A DNA stretch of 64,000 nt from Candidatus Krumholzibacteriota bacterium (GCA_963727455.1 CAVSGG010000009.1:384001-448000), one strand, 5' to 3'. Shown: positions 22,940 through 32,834, counted from the stretch's first letter. Notes: generated by a model not told the origin, from the sequence alone. Program-made: numbers and translations.

Positions 22940-23074
22940 GCCGCACCCGGCCCGGAATGATCGTCTCCGCCGGGGGATTCGTTTTCTTGGATCCGCCGGA
23001 CGAAAAAGCCATATTGAGGGCGGGACGCGAGCAGTCTTTTCCCATTCCCCCGATTTCGCTCTCCCGCCTCATTC

Positions 23075-24139
23075 GTGAATATTCTGTCACTCCAGAAAAG
23101 TCTGAGCGCGGCGTGGCGCTGGCTCGGCGGCGTTGCCGGCAAGAAGACGCAGCGCAGCTTTCGCGCGCGCTGGATCATCCAGGCCGCGATGGCGGCGTCC
23201 TGCGTGTGGATTGGCATTGCCTTCGCGCGCTTCTACGGCGCGGCGCGCGCGGGAAATCTCCCCCTGCCGGAACGCCCGCCCGGAGTCGAAGGATTTCTTC
23301 CCATCGGTGGCGTGATCGGACTCTTCGATTGGGTCGCCGGGGGTACGCTCAACCGCATTCATCCCGCCGCGACCATTCTGGTGCTCATCGCCCTGGTGAC
23401 GGCCTTCCTGCTGCGCAAGAGTTTCTGCTCCTGGATCTGCCCGGTCGGATTTCTCAGCGAGCTTTTGGCCCACACGGGGCGGCGCATCTTCGGTCGTAAT
23501 TTCTGGCCGTGGCTCTGGGCAGACCGGCTCCTCAGGGGAGTGAAATACCTCCTCATGCTCTTCTTCCTGCAGAGTATCGTGGCGATGGGCTCCTTTGGGC
23601 TACGCGCATTCCTCGAAGGCCCGTACAACCGCATGGCCGACGTGCACATGGGGCTATTTTTCTCCCGGCTCTCGCTCACCGCGGGCGTGGTTCTTTTGGT
23701 GCTTGTCGTGGGATCGACTTTGGTGAAGGGCTTCTGGTGCCGGTACTTCTGTCCCTACGGCGCCCTGCTGGGCTTGATATCCTGGTTGTCACCCACGCGG
23801 GTGGTTCGCGATCCGAAGAGCTGCATCGACTGCGGACTGTGCGATCGCGCGTGCATGGCCCGCTTGCCCGTTTCGACCAGAGGGCAGGTGCTGGATCCCG
23901 AATGTACGGGGTGCATGGACTGTGTCGCGGTCTGTCCGGTCGGTGAGGCGCTGCAGATGAGGACGGGAAGGAAGCGCCTGAGCGGCAGGACCCTGGCGAT
24001 CGCGGTGCTTTTCGTCTTCCTCCTGGGCTATTTCGGGGCGCGCAGCGCGGGCATGTGGAAGAACAGCCTGAGCGACCTCGAGTACCTGCGGGGCGTCGAA
24101 CAGATCGATAGCGGCGCCTATTCCCATCCCGGACGCTGA
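23075..24139 (+). CDS. Membrane 4Fe-4S protein (YccM/NapH-like)
   Basis: FCSWICPVG, WCRYFCPYG, CIDCGLCDRAC and CTGCMDCVAVCP plus TM helices. Confidence 0.85.
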   Translation: MNILSLQKSLSAAWRWLGGVAGKKTQRSFRARWIIQAAMAASCVWIGIAFARFYGAARAGNLPLPERPPGVEGFLPIGGVIGLFDWVAGGTLNRIHPAATILVLIALVTAFLLRKSFCSWICPVGFLSELLAHTGRRIFGRNFWPWLWADRLLRGVKYLLMLFFLQSIVAMGSFGLRAFLEGPYNRMADVHMGLFFSRLSLTAGVVLLVLVVGSTLVKGFWCRYFCPYGALLGLISWLSPTRVVRDPKSCIDCGLCDRACMARLPVSTRGQVLDPECTGCMDCVAVCPVGEALQMRTGRKRLSGRTLAIAVLFVFLLGYFGARSAGMWKNSLSDLEYLRGVEQIDSGAYSHPGR

Positions 24140-24253
24140 AGATTCCTGCCATTGAAGGCTCCAGCTTGTCTTGCGTGGCGGTTTACGGCAAGATATTGGG
24201 CCTCTTTATCGATCGCTTGCGGTCCCATTTCAAAATGAACGCGGGAGAGAAGT

Positions 24254-25564
24254 ATGAGCCACCGGATTGGCCTGCGCAAAGAAGACAAGAATGAATGGGA
24301 ACGCCGCGTCGTCCTCACCCCCGAGGATGTGAAGCAACTTCTCAAAGAGAATATGAAAATCGAGGTCGAGTCGTTTCCGCGCCGCGCATTCTCCGATCAA
24401 AGCTACCGTGAGGCTGGGGCGCGCGTGGTCGATTCGGTCCGAGACTGCGAGATCGTGCTCGGCGTCAAAGAAATGCCGCTGGATTACTTCCGCGAAGGCG
24501 GCGCCTACATGTTCTTTTCGCACACCATCAAGGGGCAGTCCTACAATATGCCGCTCCTGAGGCGGCTCAAAGAGCTTCACTGCACGCTCCTCGATTACGA
24601 ACTGGTGACCAACGAAAAGGGACAGCGCCTGATCTTCTTCTCCCATCATGCGGGCCTGGTGGGAATGGCCGACAGTCTGTGGATGCTGGGCAGACGTCTT
24701 CAAGTCCTGGGACTGCAAACACCATTCCTGCAGCTCGAACCTGCCCACGCCTATCGCAATCTCTCCGCGTTGAAAGCAGCAGTGAGCGAAGTGGGGGACA
24801 AGATCGCGCGCGATGGCCTTCCTGCTGCTCTCTGTCCCTTCACGGTGGGAATTCTGGGCTACGGTCGCGTCTCCAAAGGAGCCCAGGAAATCCTCGATCT
24901 TCTTCCCTGCGCGGAGATTGTTCCCGAGAAGCTCGCGGCATGGACGAGCTCGAATTCACGGACTCGCGATCGCCTTGGCAAGGTCGTATTCAAGGAAGAG
25001 CATTTGGTCGAGCCAATCGTCCCCGAACGCAAATTCGAACTTCAGGATTACTACCAGCACCCTGAAGCCTACCGCGCCGTCTTCGCCCCCTACTTGCAGA
25101 ACTTGTCATTGCTGGTGAATGCGATCTACTGGGAAGAGCGCTATCCTCGCTTCGCCGATGCCGAAGTACTGCGCGCACTGTTCTCAGGTGAGTCGGCGCC
25201 CAAGTTGCTGGCGGTCGGCGACATCACCTGTGACATCGACGGCTCCTTGGCCTGCACGGTACGTGAGACCGAGCCGGGAGACCCGGTCTACGTCTACAAG
25301 CCTGACAGCCGTGAGGCGGCTTCAGGATTTCAGGGCGCGGGTTTGCAGGTCTTGGCGGTGGGAAATCTTCCCAGCGAGTTACCGGTCGAAGCTTCGACGA
25401 GTTTTGGACACTCCCTCAGGCCGTATCTTCCCGCCCTGGCGAGGGCCGATCTGCAGGCAAGCTTGAAGGACGCGCAGCTGCCGGGACCCCTGCAGCGCGC
25501 GGTCATTCTGTGGAGGGGCCAGTTCAGCCCGCGCTGCCGCTACATGGAGGAGTTCTTGAAGTAG
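24254..25564 (+). CDS. Lysine-ketoglutarate reductase / saccharopine dehydrogenase family (AlaDH/PNT fold)
   Basis: GLRKEDKNEWERRVVLTP, FFSHTIKGQSYNMPLL, LLDYELV, GYGRVSKGAQEI, GDITCDIDGS and NLPSELPVEAS. Confidence 0.82.
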   Translation: MSHRIGLRKEDKNEWERRVVLTPEDVKQLLKENMKIEVESFPRRAFSDQSYREAGARVVDSVRDCEIVLGVKEMPLDYFREGGAYMFFSHTIKGQSYNMPLLRRLKELHCTLLDYELVTNEKGQRLIFFSHHAGLVGMADSLWMLGRRLQVLGLQTPFLQLEPAHAYRNLSALKAAVSEVGDKIARDGLPAALCPFTVGILGYGRVSKGAQEILDLLPCAEIVPEKLAAWTSSNSRTRDRLGKVVFKEEHLVEPIVPERKFELQDYYQHPEAYRAVFAPYLQNLSLLVNAIYWEERYPRFADAEVLRALFSGESAPKLLAVGDITCDIDGSLACTVRETEPGDPVYVYKPDSREAASGFQGAGLQVLAVGNLPSELPVEASTSFGHSLRPYLPALARADLQASLKDAQLPGPLQRAVILWRGQFSPRCRYMEEFLK

Positions 25565-25779
25565 CGGCGAGCGGTGAAACCAGCCACGGCCTTCCACGCG
25601 GCCAAAGCGATCGCGAAGGAGAGCCACGCAAGAGCAAGTCTCAAGAGCGCGCTCTGCATGAAACGCCTGAGGCGAGTGGATTGCATGCGCTTGCTGCGCG
25701 AGATGCCCTTGTGAAGTAATGGCCAGGTCGTGGCCGCGGGCGTGGACTGGGAAGCCAGAGCTTCGACGTCGGCGGTCAT
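25540..25779 (-). CDS. Small hypothetical membrane protein
   Basis: AGGAG RBS just before the ATG and one hydrophobic helix. The 3' end overlaps the convergent gene by 25 bp. Confidence 0.3.
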   Translation of the reverse strand: MTADVEALASQSTPAATTWPLLHKGISRSKRMQSTRLRRFMQSALLRLALAWLSFAIALAAWKAVAGFTARRYFKNSSM

Positions 25780-25849
25780 GGCGGACTCCTGATTCTAGGG
25801 TCCGTCCCCCCTGTCCATCGATTCTATCAGATCACAAGCGGCCCGTGCT

Positions 25850-26689
25850 TCACTTTTGCCGCGCGGGTACCCACGCCGAGGTTCTTCCGCCGATTTGTAG
25901 GAACTCCACTCTGTTCCCCTCGAGGGTGCGTGCGTTCTCGTTCTTTCCCCAACGAACGTGAAACAACCAGTCGGCGGGAAATCGAGATTTGTCGGCATCC
26001 ACTCTCACCGCAAAGTTCACGACGGCTCTGAGCCGGCGCCGAACTCTCTCGAGTTCCTGCGAAGTGAGTCCGCTCGCGCTTCGGCGCGGGTCGATCTGCG
26101 CCTGGTAGAGGACTTCGTCGGCAATCCAGTTCCCCACTCCCGCGCAGAAGCTCTGATCCATCAGCAGGTTCTTGATGGCGGTCCGACGTACTCCTGCGCG
26201 CTCTCGGAACTGCGCCGGGGAGATCATAGCGAGTAGAGGATCGAATCCCAGTCGGGTTATGGGAGCCTCGTGCAGTGGATCATCCCGCAGGAGAATTCTC
26301 CCCAGCCGCCGCGCATTGGTCATCACCAACTCGCTCCCCTCTTCGAAGAAGAGATGAATCTTGGTGAAACGAGGCGGCCAGGCTTCGTGCGGATCGGGGG
26401 AAGGTCGTGAGGCGAGAGGAAGGTCGAGCCGGTCTGGCACCCTGAAGGCACCTGTCATCCCGAAATGAAAGAGGGGATGGGGTGGCGAATCCAGTTCGAA
26501 CCAGATCTGCTTGCCGATCCGGTGAACCTCGCGGACCGTCTTTTTGGTGAGAGCCTTCCTCCAGCGGTTCGGGGAGACTCCATCAAACACGATCTTATCT
26601 CGCCGGCAGATGACACGAAAGATTCTCTTCCCCTCCGCAGCCGCCGCGGCAATCCTCCGTCCACGTTCCACTTCGGGGAGCTCGGGCAC
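25850..26689 (-). CDS. mutM: Fpg/Nei DNA glycosylase, zincless type
   Basis: N-terminal MPELPEVE, HFGMTG, H2TH LLMDQSFCAGVGNWIADEVLY; C-terminal GGRTSAWVPARQK with no Cys4 finger. Confidence 0.85.
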   Translation of the reverse strand: MPELPEVERGRRIAAAAAEGKRIFRVICRRDKIVFDGVSPNRWRKALTKKTVREVHRIGKQIWFELDSPPHPLFHFGMTGAFRVPDRLDLPLASRPSPDPHEAWPPRFTKIHLFFEEGSELVMTNARRLGRILLRDDPLHEAPITRLGFDPLLAMISPAQFRERAGVRRTAIKNLLMDQSFCAGVGNWIADEVLYQAQIDPRRSASGLTSQELERVRRRLRAVVNFAVRVDADKSRFPADWLFHVRWGKNENARTLEGNRVEFLQIGGRTSAWVPARQK

Positions 26690-26694
26690 GGCAC

Positions 26695-28461
26695 TCAGTC
26701 CACCGGAGTTTTCGTCGCCGCCGGGAGACGAAAGTACTGAAGTTCTCCCGCCTCTCCCTCCAGCTTCATTTCACCCGCGTCGTCCTGCAGGCGTTCGGCC
26801 AATTCTCCGGCGAAGCGCAGATACTCCTGATAGCGCCTCTTGCGATCGTCCGGATTCAACGCAGTGGGGCCGCTCGCGGCCGAACAGAGGGCGGCCTGAA
26901 GACTGAAGGCCTTCCCCGTTGCTTTCTCCTCGCGGTGCACCCACGCGCCATTCCCGAGATCGAATTCGTAGAGGGAGAGGAAGCGGTGCGCGTAATCCGC
27001 CAAAAACAGCACGGCATCGATTACGTAGTCCGCCTCGTCATCGTCCATGATGTAGTGAAATCCGATTCTGCACCATCCGGGTTTCAAGCCGTGGTAGCCC
27101 TTTTGGATCCACGCCCGGTAGTGTTCGCTGGTTTGCGCATCGATCTTCAGCAGGCGGTGGCCGTAGGGACCTGCGCAGGAACAGCCCGCGCGCGACTGGA
27201 TGCCGAAGAGGTCGTTCGCAATGCGCGTGACGAACTTGGGATGCAAGTAGCTACCCGAGGGATCCTTCAGATTGAATGAGACGATGGCGACCCGTTTGGA
27301 AGGGTCCGGGTTGCCCAAAATCTCGATCGAGGGATGTTCTCCCCAGCGAAGCATGGCCCGCCCCAAAAGCGCGCGCTCGCGTTTCTCGATGCTCTCCGTT
27401 CCGACCGCTTCTTTGACCAGAAACGCGAGCCCTGCCTTCAGAGTCTGCAGCACTCCTGGGGTCCCGGCCTTCTCACGCATCTCGATGCGGGGGGTGTAAT
27501 CGTGACTGCTGAGCCCGACGTAATCCACCGTACCTCCACCACTCACCGTGGGAGGTAACTCTCGGTGGTAAATGCGTTCGTTGAAAACGAGGATGCCCGA
27601 CGAGCCCGGCCCCCCCAGGAATTTGTGCGGCGAGACGAAAATTGCGTCGAGTGAGGGATCGCCTCCCTCTTGTTCCGATTCGGGATTCATGTCGATCTTT
27701 ACATAAGGCGCACTGGCCGCGTAGTCAAAGCACGCGATTGCGTCGTGCTCGTGCAGAAGGCGCGCGATCGCGTGCACCGGGGTCAAATGACCGGTCACGT
27801 TCGATGCCGCGCTGAAGGTCCCGATGCGCAGGCGCCCCTGAAAGCGTGGGTCCTTCAGCAGCTCCTCCAGGTGTTTCAGATCCACACCCCCGTCCGCAGT
27901 CAGCTTGACCTCCTGAACGCAAGCGAGTCCCTCCCGCCAGGAAATCTCGTTCGAATGATGCTCGTAGGGCCCCACGAAAACCACCGGCTCCCGTTTGCGT
28001 AGAAATCGCGCGTACGATTCGTGAGGGATCTCTCCCAGATGCTCCTTCATCAGCTGGGTGAGCAGCAATCTCGTGGCCGGTGGCAGCGCAACCCCGACGA
28101 TTTGCTGAAGTTTGTCGATGGCGGCGGTGGCGCCCGTTCCCACCGCAATGAGTCGGCCATTGGGGCCAGCGTGCACCGCGTTTTTGATTGCGGATTCCGC
28201 CTCGTGAAGAAGTTGCGTCATGCTGCGGCCGGTGACGTCGTCCTCGGTGTGCGTATTCGCGTAGTGTCGCTGCAGACCCATGAGATATTGCTCGACGAAA
28301 CGAAGGCAGCGGCCGCTGGCAGTGTAGTCGCAGTAGACGAGCATTCTTTGTCCGAAGGGGGTATCGAAGGAACTGTCGACGCCGACGATCTGTTCGCGCA
28401 GATAACTGAACTGTAGGCGTGGCAAATCCATGGCCGCTGGCTGAAAAGGGAGATCGTCCAA
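26695..28461 (-). CDS. Class V PLP-dependent aminotransferase / cysteine desulfurase-like protein
   Basis: YCDYTASGR, GPYEHHSNE, FSAASNVTG, SPHKFLGGPG (PLP Lys) and SRAGCSCAGPYG. Confidence 0.85.
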   Translation of the reverse strand: MDDLPFQPAAMDLPRLQFSYLREQIVGVDSSFDTPFGQRMLVYCDYTASGRCLRFVEQYLMGLQRHYANTHTEDDVTGRSMTQLLHEAESAIKNAVHAGPNGRLIAVGTGATAAIDKLQQIVGVALPPATRLLLTQLMKEHLGEIPHESYARFLRKREPVVFVGPYEHHSNEISWREGLACVQEVKLTADGGVDLKHLEELLKDPRFQGRLRIGTFSAASNVTGHLTPVHAIARLLHEHDAIACFDYAASAPYVKIDMNPESEQEGGDPSLDAIFVSPHKFLGGPGSSGILVFNERIYHRELPPTVSGGGTVDYVGLSSHDYTPRIEMREKAGTPGVLQTLKAGLAFLVKEAVGTESIEKRERALLGRAMLRWGEHPSIEILGNPDPSKRVAIVSFNLKDPSGSYLHPKFVTRIANDLFGIQSRAGCSCAGPYGHRLLKIDAQTSEHYRAWIQKGYHGLKPGWCRIGFHYIMDDDEADYVIDAVLFLADYAHRFLSLYEFDLGNGAWVHREEKATGKAFSLQAALCSAASGPTALNPDDRKRRYQEYLRFAGELAERLQDDAGEMKLEGEAGELQYFRLPAATKTPVD

Positions 28462-28580
28462 GTGATCGAGTCGGAGGGGACGGCTCTGAACAGAAGGCTA
28501 ACCCGGCGGCGCTTGCAAATCAAGGTGACCGAAGCTGCGCTGCGAAGATCGTGGTGGGACGAAGCTGCTTGCGGCGGATT

Positions 28581-29201
28581 TCAGGAGAAGGGAGCTGGAT
28601 CGCCGCAACCCTCGCGAATCAGCTCGGGAAAGTCCGAAGTGAAATCGATCACGGTGGTTGGGGTGAGCCCCCCGAAGCCGCCGTCGATGATCAGATCTAC
28701 CTGGCTCTCGAGCCTCGCGCGGATGTCCTGTGGGTCGGTGAGGGGGGCCTTCTCCCCGGCCAGAATGAGCGAGGTCGTCATCAGGGGAGCGCCGAGCTCC
28801 TCCAGCAGGGCCTGGGTCACGGGATGGTCGGGCACCCGCAGGCCAATCGTCTTGCGCTTGGGGTGCATGAGCCGGCGGGGCACCTCGCGGCTCGCTCGCA
28901 AAATGAAGGTGTAGGCGCCCGGCGTGTTCGCCTTCAGCAGACGATAGACGGGCGTACTGAAGACGGCATAGGTCCCGGATTCGGAGAGATCACGGCAACA
29001 GAGAGTGAAATTGTGCCGCTGATCGATACGGCGAATGCGGCAGATCCTCTCCAACGCCGACTTGTCGCCGATGCCACAGCCGAAGGCATAGGTGGAATCG
29101 GTGGGATAGACGATGATTCCGCCCTGCTGCAGGATGGAAACAGCCTGACGCAAGAGGCGCAGTTGGGGTGTCTCGGGATGGATGCGAAAATATTGACTCA
29201 A
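28581..29201 (-). CDS. yciO: YciO-type Sua5/YrdC family protein
   Basis: MSQYFRIHPETPQ, YPTDSTYAFGC, HNFTLCCRDLSE and RKTIGLRVPDHP. TTG start overlaps the ctaA stop. Confidence 0.88.
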   Translation of the reverse strand: MSQYFRIHPETPQLRLLRQAVSILQQGGIIVYPTDSTYAFGCGIGDKSALERICRIRRIDQRHNFTLCCRDLSESGTYAVFSTPVYRLLKANTPGAYTFILRASREVPRRLMHPKRKTIGLRVPDHPVTQALLEELGAPLMTTSLILAGEKAPLTDPQDIRARLESQVDLIIDGGFGGLTPTTVIDFTSDFPELIREGCGDPAPFS

Positions 29202-30289
29202 GCCGGAGAGGAACTCCCATTCAAGCGCAAGAGAATCTGCAGCTGAAAGCCGAAGATGATCGCGGCCAGACCAAGATGCAACGGTTGAACCATCGCGGGC
29301 AGCGCGAAGTAGGCCAGGACGGCTCCGGCCGCCACCTCGAAGAGAGTAATGAAGAAGAGCGCGCGGCACCAACCGACCAGAGGATGCCCTCCGCTTGCGC
29401 GCCTGCGAGCAAGCCAGAACAGCGCAGCGCTCAAGACCACCAGGAGTATCGAGAAGCTGCGGTGTACGTAGAAGATCAGGCCCAGGTTTTGAATCCAGGT
29501 GTCCCGCAGGGTGTTGTCCATCATGCGCGCGACGGTGTCCACGTTCTCTCGGACCTGCGTCCCCATCGCGACCTGGAGAACCATGCACACGACCGCGGCG
29601 GACAGTAGGACTTTCAGAGGTCCTAGATCCAGGGACTGCAGCCGCCATCTCTCGCTCTTGGGCCGGGTGAGTTGGAGAAGAAGCACTAGCAGAGCCACCA
29701 GAAGCAGGGCCAGGAGCATGTGCACCGTGACCATCCAGGGCAGCAGATTCGTGGAAACCACGAGCGATCCAGCCCATCCATTGAACCCCACCGTCAACAG
29801 GGCCAGGGCGGCCAGCCAGATCACCAGTGGACGCGTTCGACGGTAGGAAAAGGAGAAGATGAAGGTGGCGATGAAGAGGAATCCCACGCTCACCCCCGCG
29901 AGCCGATTCAAGTACTCGGTCCAGGTCTTGGCGGGGTTGAACTCGTTTTCCTCGCTGAGGGTCTGCTCGTGCCGCAGATCGTTGGCGAGATGGACGAAGC
30001 CCAAACCGCTGAGCATTCGCGCCAGCTTCTCGTTCTTGGCCTGTCGCTTGGCCAGGTAGATCTCCTTGTAATTCCCGGGCAGCTGGGACTCGGAGACCGG
30101 CGGTACCAGGCGCCCGAAGCAGGTGGGCCAGTCCGGACAGCCCATCCCGGCGCCCGTGCTGCGCACCACTCCCCCGATGACGATGAGACAATAGACGGCG
30201 ACCAGGGTGGCCCGGCAGCTCCGCCGGAAGCTGCGGTGCTTCCTTTCGTCCACATCCGGGGAGTCGTCGTGCTTAGAATTCTGTGGCAT
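29198..30289 (-). CDS. ctaA: Heme A synthase (COX15/CtaA)
   Basis: GGVVRSTGAGMGCPDWPTCFG, WTEYLNRL, VTVHMLLA, QVAMGTQVRE, YVHRSFS and QPLHL. Confidence 0.88.
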   Translation of the reverse strand: MPQNSKHDDSPDVDERKHRSFRRSCRATLVAVYCLIVIGGVVRSTGAGMGCPDWPTCFGRLVPPVSESQLPGNYKEIYLAKRQAKNEKLARMLSGLGFVHLANDLRHEQTLSEENEFNPAKTWTEYLNRLAGVSVGFLFIATFIFSFSYRRTRPLVIWLAALALLTVGFNGWAGSLVVSTNLLPWMVTVHMLLALLLVALLVLLLQLTRPKSERWRLQSLDLGPLKVLLSAAVVCMVLQVAMGTQVRENVDTVARMMDNTLRDTWIQNLGLIFYVHRSFSILLVVLSAALFWLARRRASGGHPLVGWCRALFFITLFEVAAGAVLAYFALPAMVQPLHLGLAAIIFGFQLQILLRLNGSSSPA

Positions 30290-30424
30290 GGCGGATTGGC
30301 TGGAATGAAGCGACTGAGTCCTGGCTCGAGCCCCGACACGGTAGACGGCTCTTGAAGTGGAGCGCAAGCCCTTATTGACCAGTTCCTCAGCCGGCTCTAG
30401 CGTACAAGCACTCAGGAGGAAGCC

Positions 30425-32827
30425 ATGCCCACACCCAGAGCCCTTGCCATGAAGAAACTGCGCTGGCACTGTCCATTGAATCGACTCGATTTCAAGTCGA
30501 CCGCCAGCCTTCACCCCCTGCAGAAGGTCATCGGCCAGGGAAGCGCTCTCGATGCGCTGCAGTTCGGCCTGAGCAGCAAGATCCAGGAGCACCACGTCTT
30601 CGTGCGCGGCCTCAGCGGCACCGGGCGTTCGACCCTGGTCAAGAAGCTCTTGCGAGAGCTGCGCATGGAGTGTCCTCCGCTCCACGATCGTTGCTACGTG
30701 CACAATTTCAGCCAGCCCGATCAACCTCGGCTGCTCACGCTGGCAGCCGGTCAGGGAGGTGTCTTTCGCCTGCACATGAAGCGCCTGGCCGCTTTCGTTC
30801 AGACCGGGCTGCGGGAGATCCTGACTTCGGATACGGTCACTGCGCGCAGAAAGGCCCTGGAGAAGACGGCCGAGCAGAAAATGCAGGCGCTGGTTCAACC
30901 CTTCGAGAAATCGCTCGCGGCGGACGGTTTGAGTCTGGTCACGGTTCGCACCGAGACCATGGCGGAAAAGGCGATCTTCCCGCTGGTCAAGGGCGAAGCG
31001 GTGGTCCCCGAAGAGTTCGATCGCCTCCACGCCGAGGGAACGATCAGCGATGCCCAATACAAACGCGTGAACGCAAAACGGCTTCGCTACGAGAAAGAGT
31101 TGGAGCATCTCCACGAGAAAGCGGGGGAAATCCGGGAAGCGTTTTCGGAGCAGGTGGAGGCCCTCTTCCGCGGCACGGTGCAGCAGGCTCTGCACCGCCG
31201 CCTGCACCTCGTGCGGCGCGCATTCCCCGAGAAGGCGATACAGGAGTGGCTGGACGAACTGCTCAACGACCTCATGGAACTGCGCTTGCCCCAGCTGGGA
31301 AGTGACACTTCCTTCACCAGCTTGTATCGGGTGAACGTGGTGGTCGATCGCTCCGGCGCGAGTGCTTGCCCCGTCGTAGTGGAGAGTACGCCCACTCTCT
31401 CCAATCTGGTGGGAAGCATCAATCTGGAGTTCACGGCAAATCAAGAGCCACGCGCCAGCCACATGGGGATCTGCGCCGGATCACTCCTTCAGGCGGACGG
31501 CGGTTATCTCATCCTGGAAGCCCGCGATCTCCTCTCCGATCCCGAGGCCTGGAAATACCTGGTGCGGACCCTGCGCACCGGCAGCCTCGAGGTCCACCCA
31601 CCGGATAGCATGGGGCCCTGGCCGGGTCCTGGTCTCAAACCACAGTCCGTCGACATCGAGGTGAAGGTAGTGCTACTGGGAGACACCCAGATCTACTACT
31701 TCCTGGACGAGTTCGATCCGAATTTCCGTGATCTCTTCAAAGTGCTGGCCGATTTCGAAGAGACGATTCCCAACGACCGTGCCGGCGCCCGCGACTACGC
31801 GCGTTGGGTCTCGCGTTTCGTGCGCGAGGAGAACTTGCCTCATTTCTCGCGCAAGGGTGTCGCGGCCCTCATCGAGCATGGAGTCCGAGTGGCGGCGGAC
31901 GGAGGACGCATCACGGCGCGCTTCGGCCGCATGGCGGACCTGGTGCGGGAAGCGGGATGGCTCGCCTCCCGCGAGAACGCAAATCTGGTGCGAGACACCC
32001 ACGTGAAGGAAGCAATCCGGCGCCGCAAGTCGCGCGCCGATCACCCCTCGCGTCGCTTTCGCCGCCAGATTGCGGAGGGAACGATTCGCATCTCCACCAC
32101 CGGCAAGCAGGTGGGGCAAGTCAACGGGCTTGCGGTGATTTCGGCCGGCAACATGACTTACGGATTCCCCGCCCGCATCACCGCGACCATCGGCCCGGGA
32201 ACGGCGGGCATGATCAACATCGATCGTGAGTCCGCCCTCTCCGGCGCGATCCACACCAAGGGTTTCTACATTCTGGGTGGATTGCTGCGGCACCTCTTGC
32301 GCACCGAGCATCCGCTGGCCTTCGATGCGAGCGTGGCCTTCGAACAGAGCTATGGAGGAATCGACGGCGATTCCGCATCCGGTGCGGAGACCTGCTGCCT
32401 TCTGAGCGCCCTGACCGACATTCCCCTGCGTCAGGAAGTCGCCATGACCGGCGCCATCGACCAGATGGGGAACATCATGGCCATCGGGGCGGTGAACGAG
32501 AAGATCGAGGGCTTCTTCGACACCTGCGCCGACCAGGGACTCAACGGTTCGCAAGGGGTGATCATTCCCCAGGCCAATGCAGACGACCTTCAGCTACGCG
32601 AGGATGTCGTGAAGGCCTGCGCCGAGGGACGCTTCGCGGTTTGGGCGGTAAAGACCGTCCACGAGGCCTTGCAAGTCTTCACCGGAATGCCCGCCGGCAA
32701 GCGCAATGCGAAGGGACGCTATCCGCAAGGAACCGTCCTCTACGAGGCCATGCAAAAGGCGCTCGAATTCTGGGAGAAGGCAGTCGGCGCCCCGAGCGCG
32801 GCAGGCTCCTCGAAGGCGAAGAGCTGA
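30425..32827 (+). CDS. Lon-like protease (LonC/YcbZ type, AAA plus S16 domain)
   Basis: VIGQ...GLSGTGRST (Walker A with K->R), GSLLQADGGYLIL, FEQSYGGIDGDSAS (Ser) and GAVNEKIEGFF (Lys). Confidence 0.85.
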   Translation: MPTPRALAMKKLRWHCPLNRLDFKSTASLHPLQKVIGQGSALDALQFGLSSKIQEHHVFVRGLSGTGRSTLVKKLLRELRMECPPLHDRCYVHNFSQPDQPRLLTLAAGQGGVFRLHMKRLAAFVQTGLREILTSDTVTARRKALEKTAEQKMQALVQPFEKSLAADGLSLVTVRTETMAEKAIFPLVKGEAVVPEEFDRLHAEGTISDAQYKRVNAKRLRYEKELEHLHEKAGEIREAFSEQVEALFRGTVQQALHRRLHLVRRAFPEKAIQEWLDELLNDLMELRLPQLGSDTSFTSLYRVNVVVDRSGASACPVVVESTPTLSNLVGSINLEFTANQEPRASHMGICAGSLLQADGGYLILEARDLLSDPEAWKYLVRTLRTGSLEVHPPDSMGPWPGPGLKPQSVDIEVKVVLLGDTQIYYFLDEFDPNFRDLFKVLADFEETIPNDRAGARDYARWVSRFVREENLPHFSRKGVAALIEHGVRVAADGGRITARFGRMADLVREAGWLASRENANLVRDTHVKEAIRRRKSRADHPSRRFRRQIAEGTIRISTTGKQVGQVNGLAVISAGNMTYGFPARITATIGPGTAGMINIDRESALSGAIHTKGFYILGGLLRHLLRTEHPLAFDASVAFEQSYGGIDGDSASGAETCCLLSALTDIPLRQEVAMTGAIDQMGNIMAIGAVNEKIEGFFDTCADQGLNGSQGVIIPQANADDLQLREDVVKACAEGRFAVWAVKTVHEALQVFTGMPAGKRNAKGRYPQGTVLYEAMQKALEFWEKAVGAPSAAGSSKAKS

Positions 32828-32834
32828 TCGGCTC

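Noticed and set aside
28581-31462. Apparent long N-terminal extensions of yciO (536 aa) and ctaA (754 aa)
   Set aside because: The extensions overlap neighbouring genes in other frames or strands. Family homology starts at 29201 and 30289.
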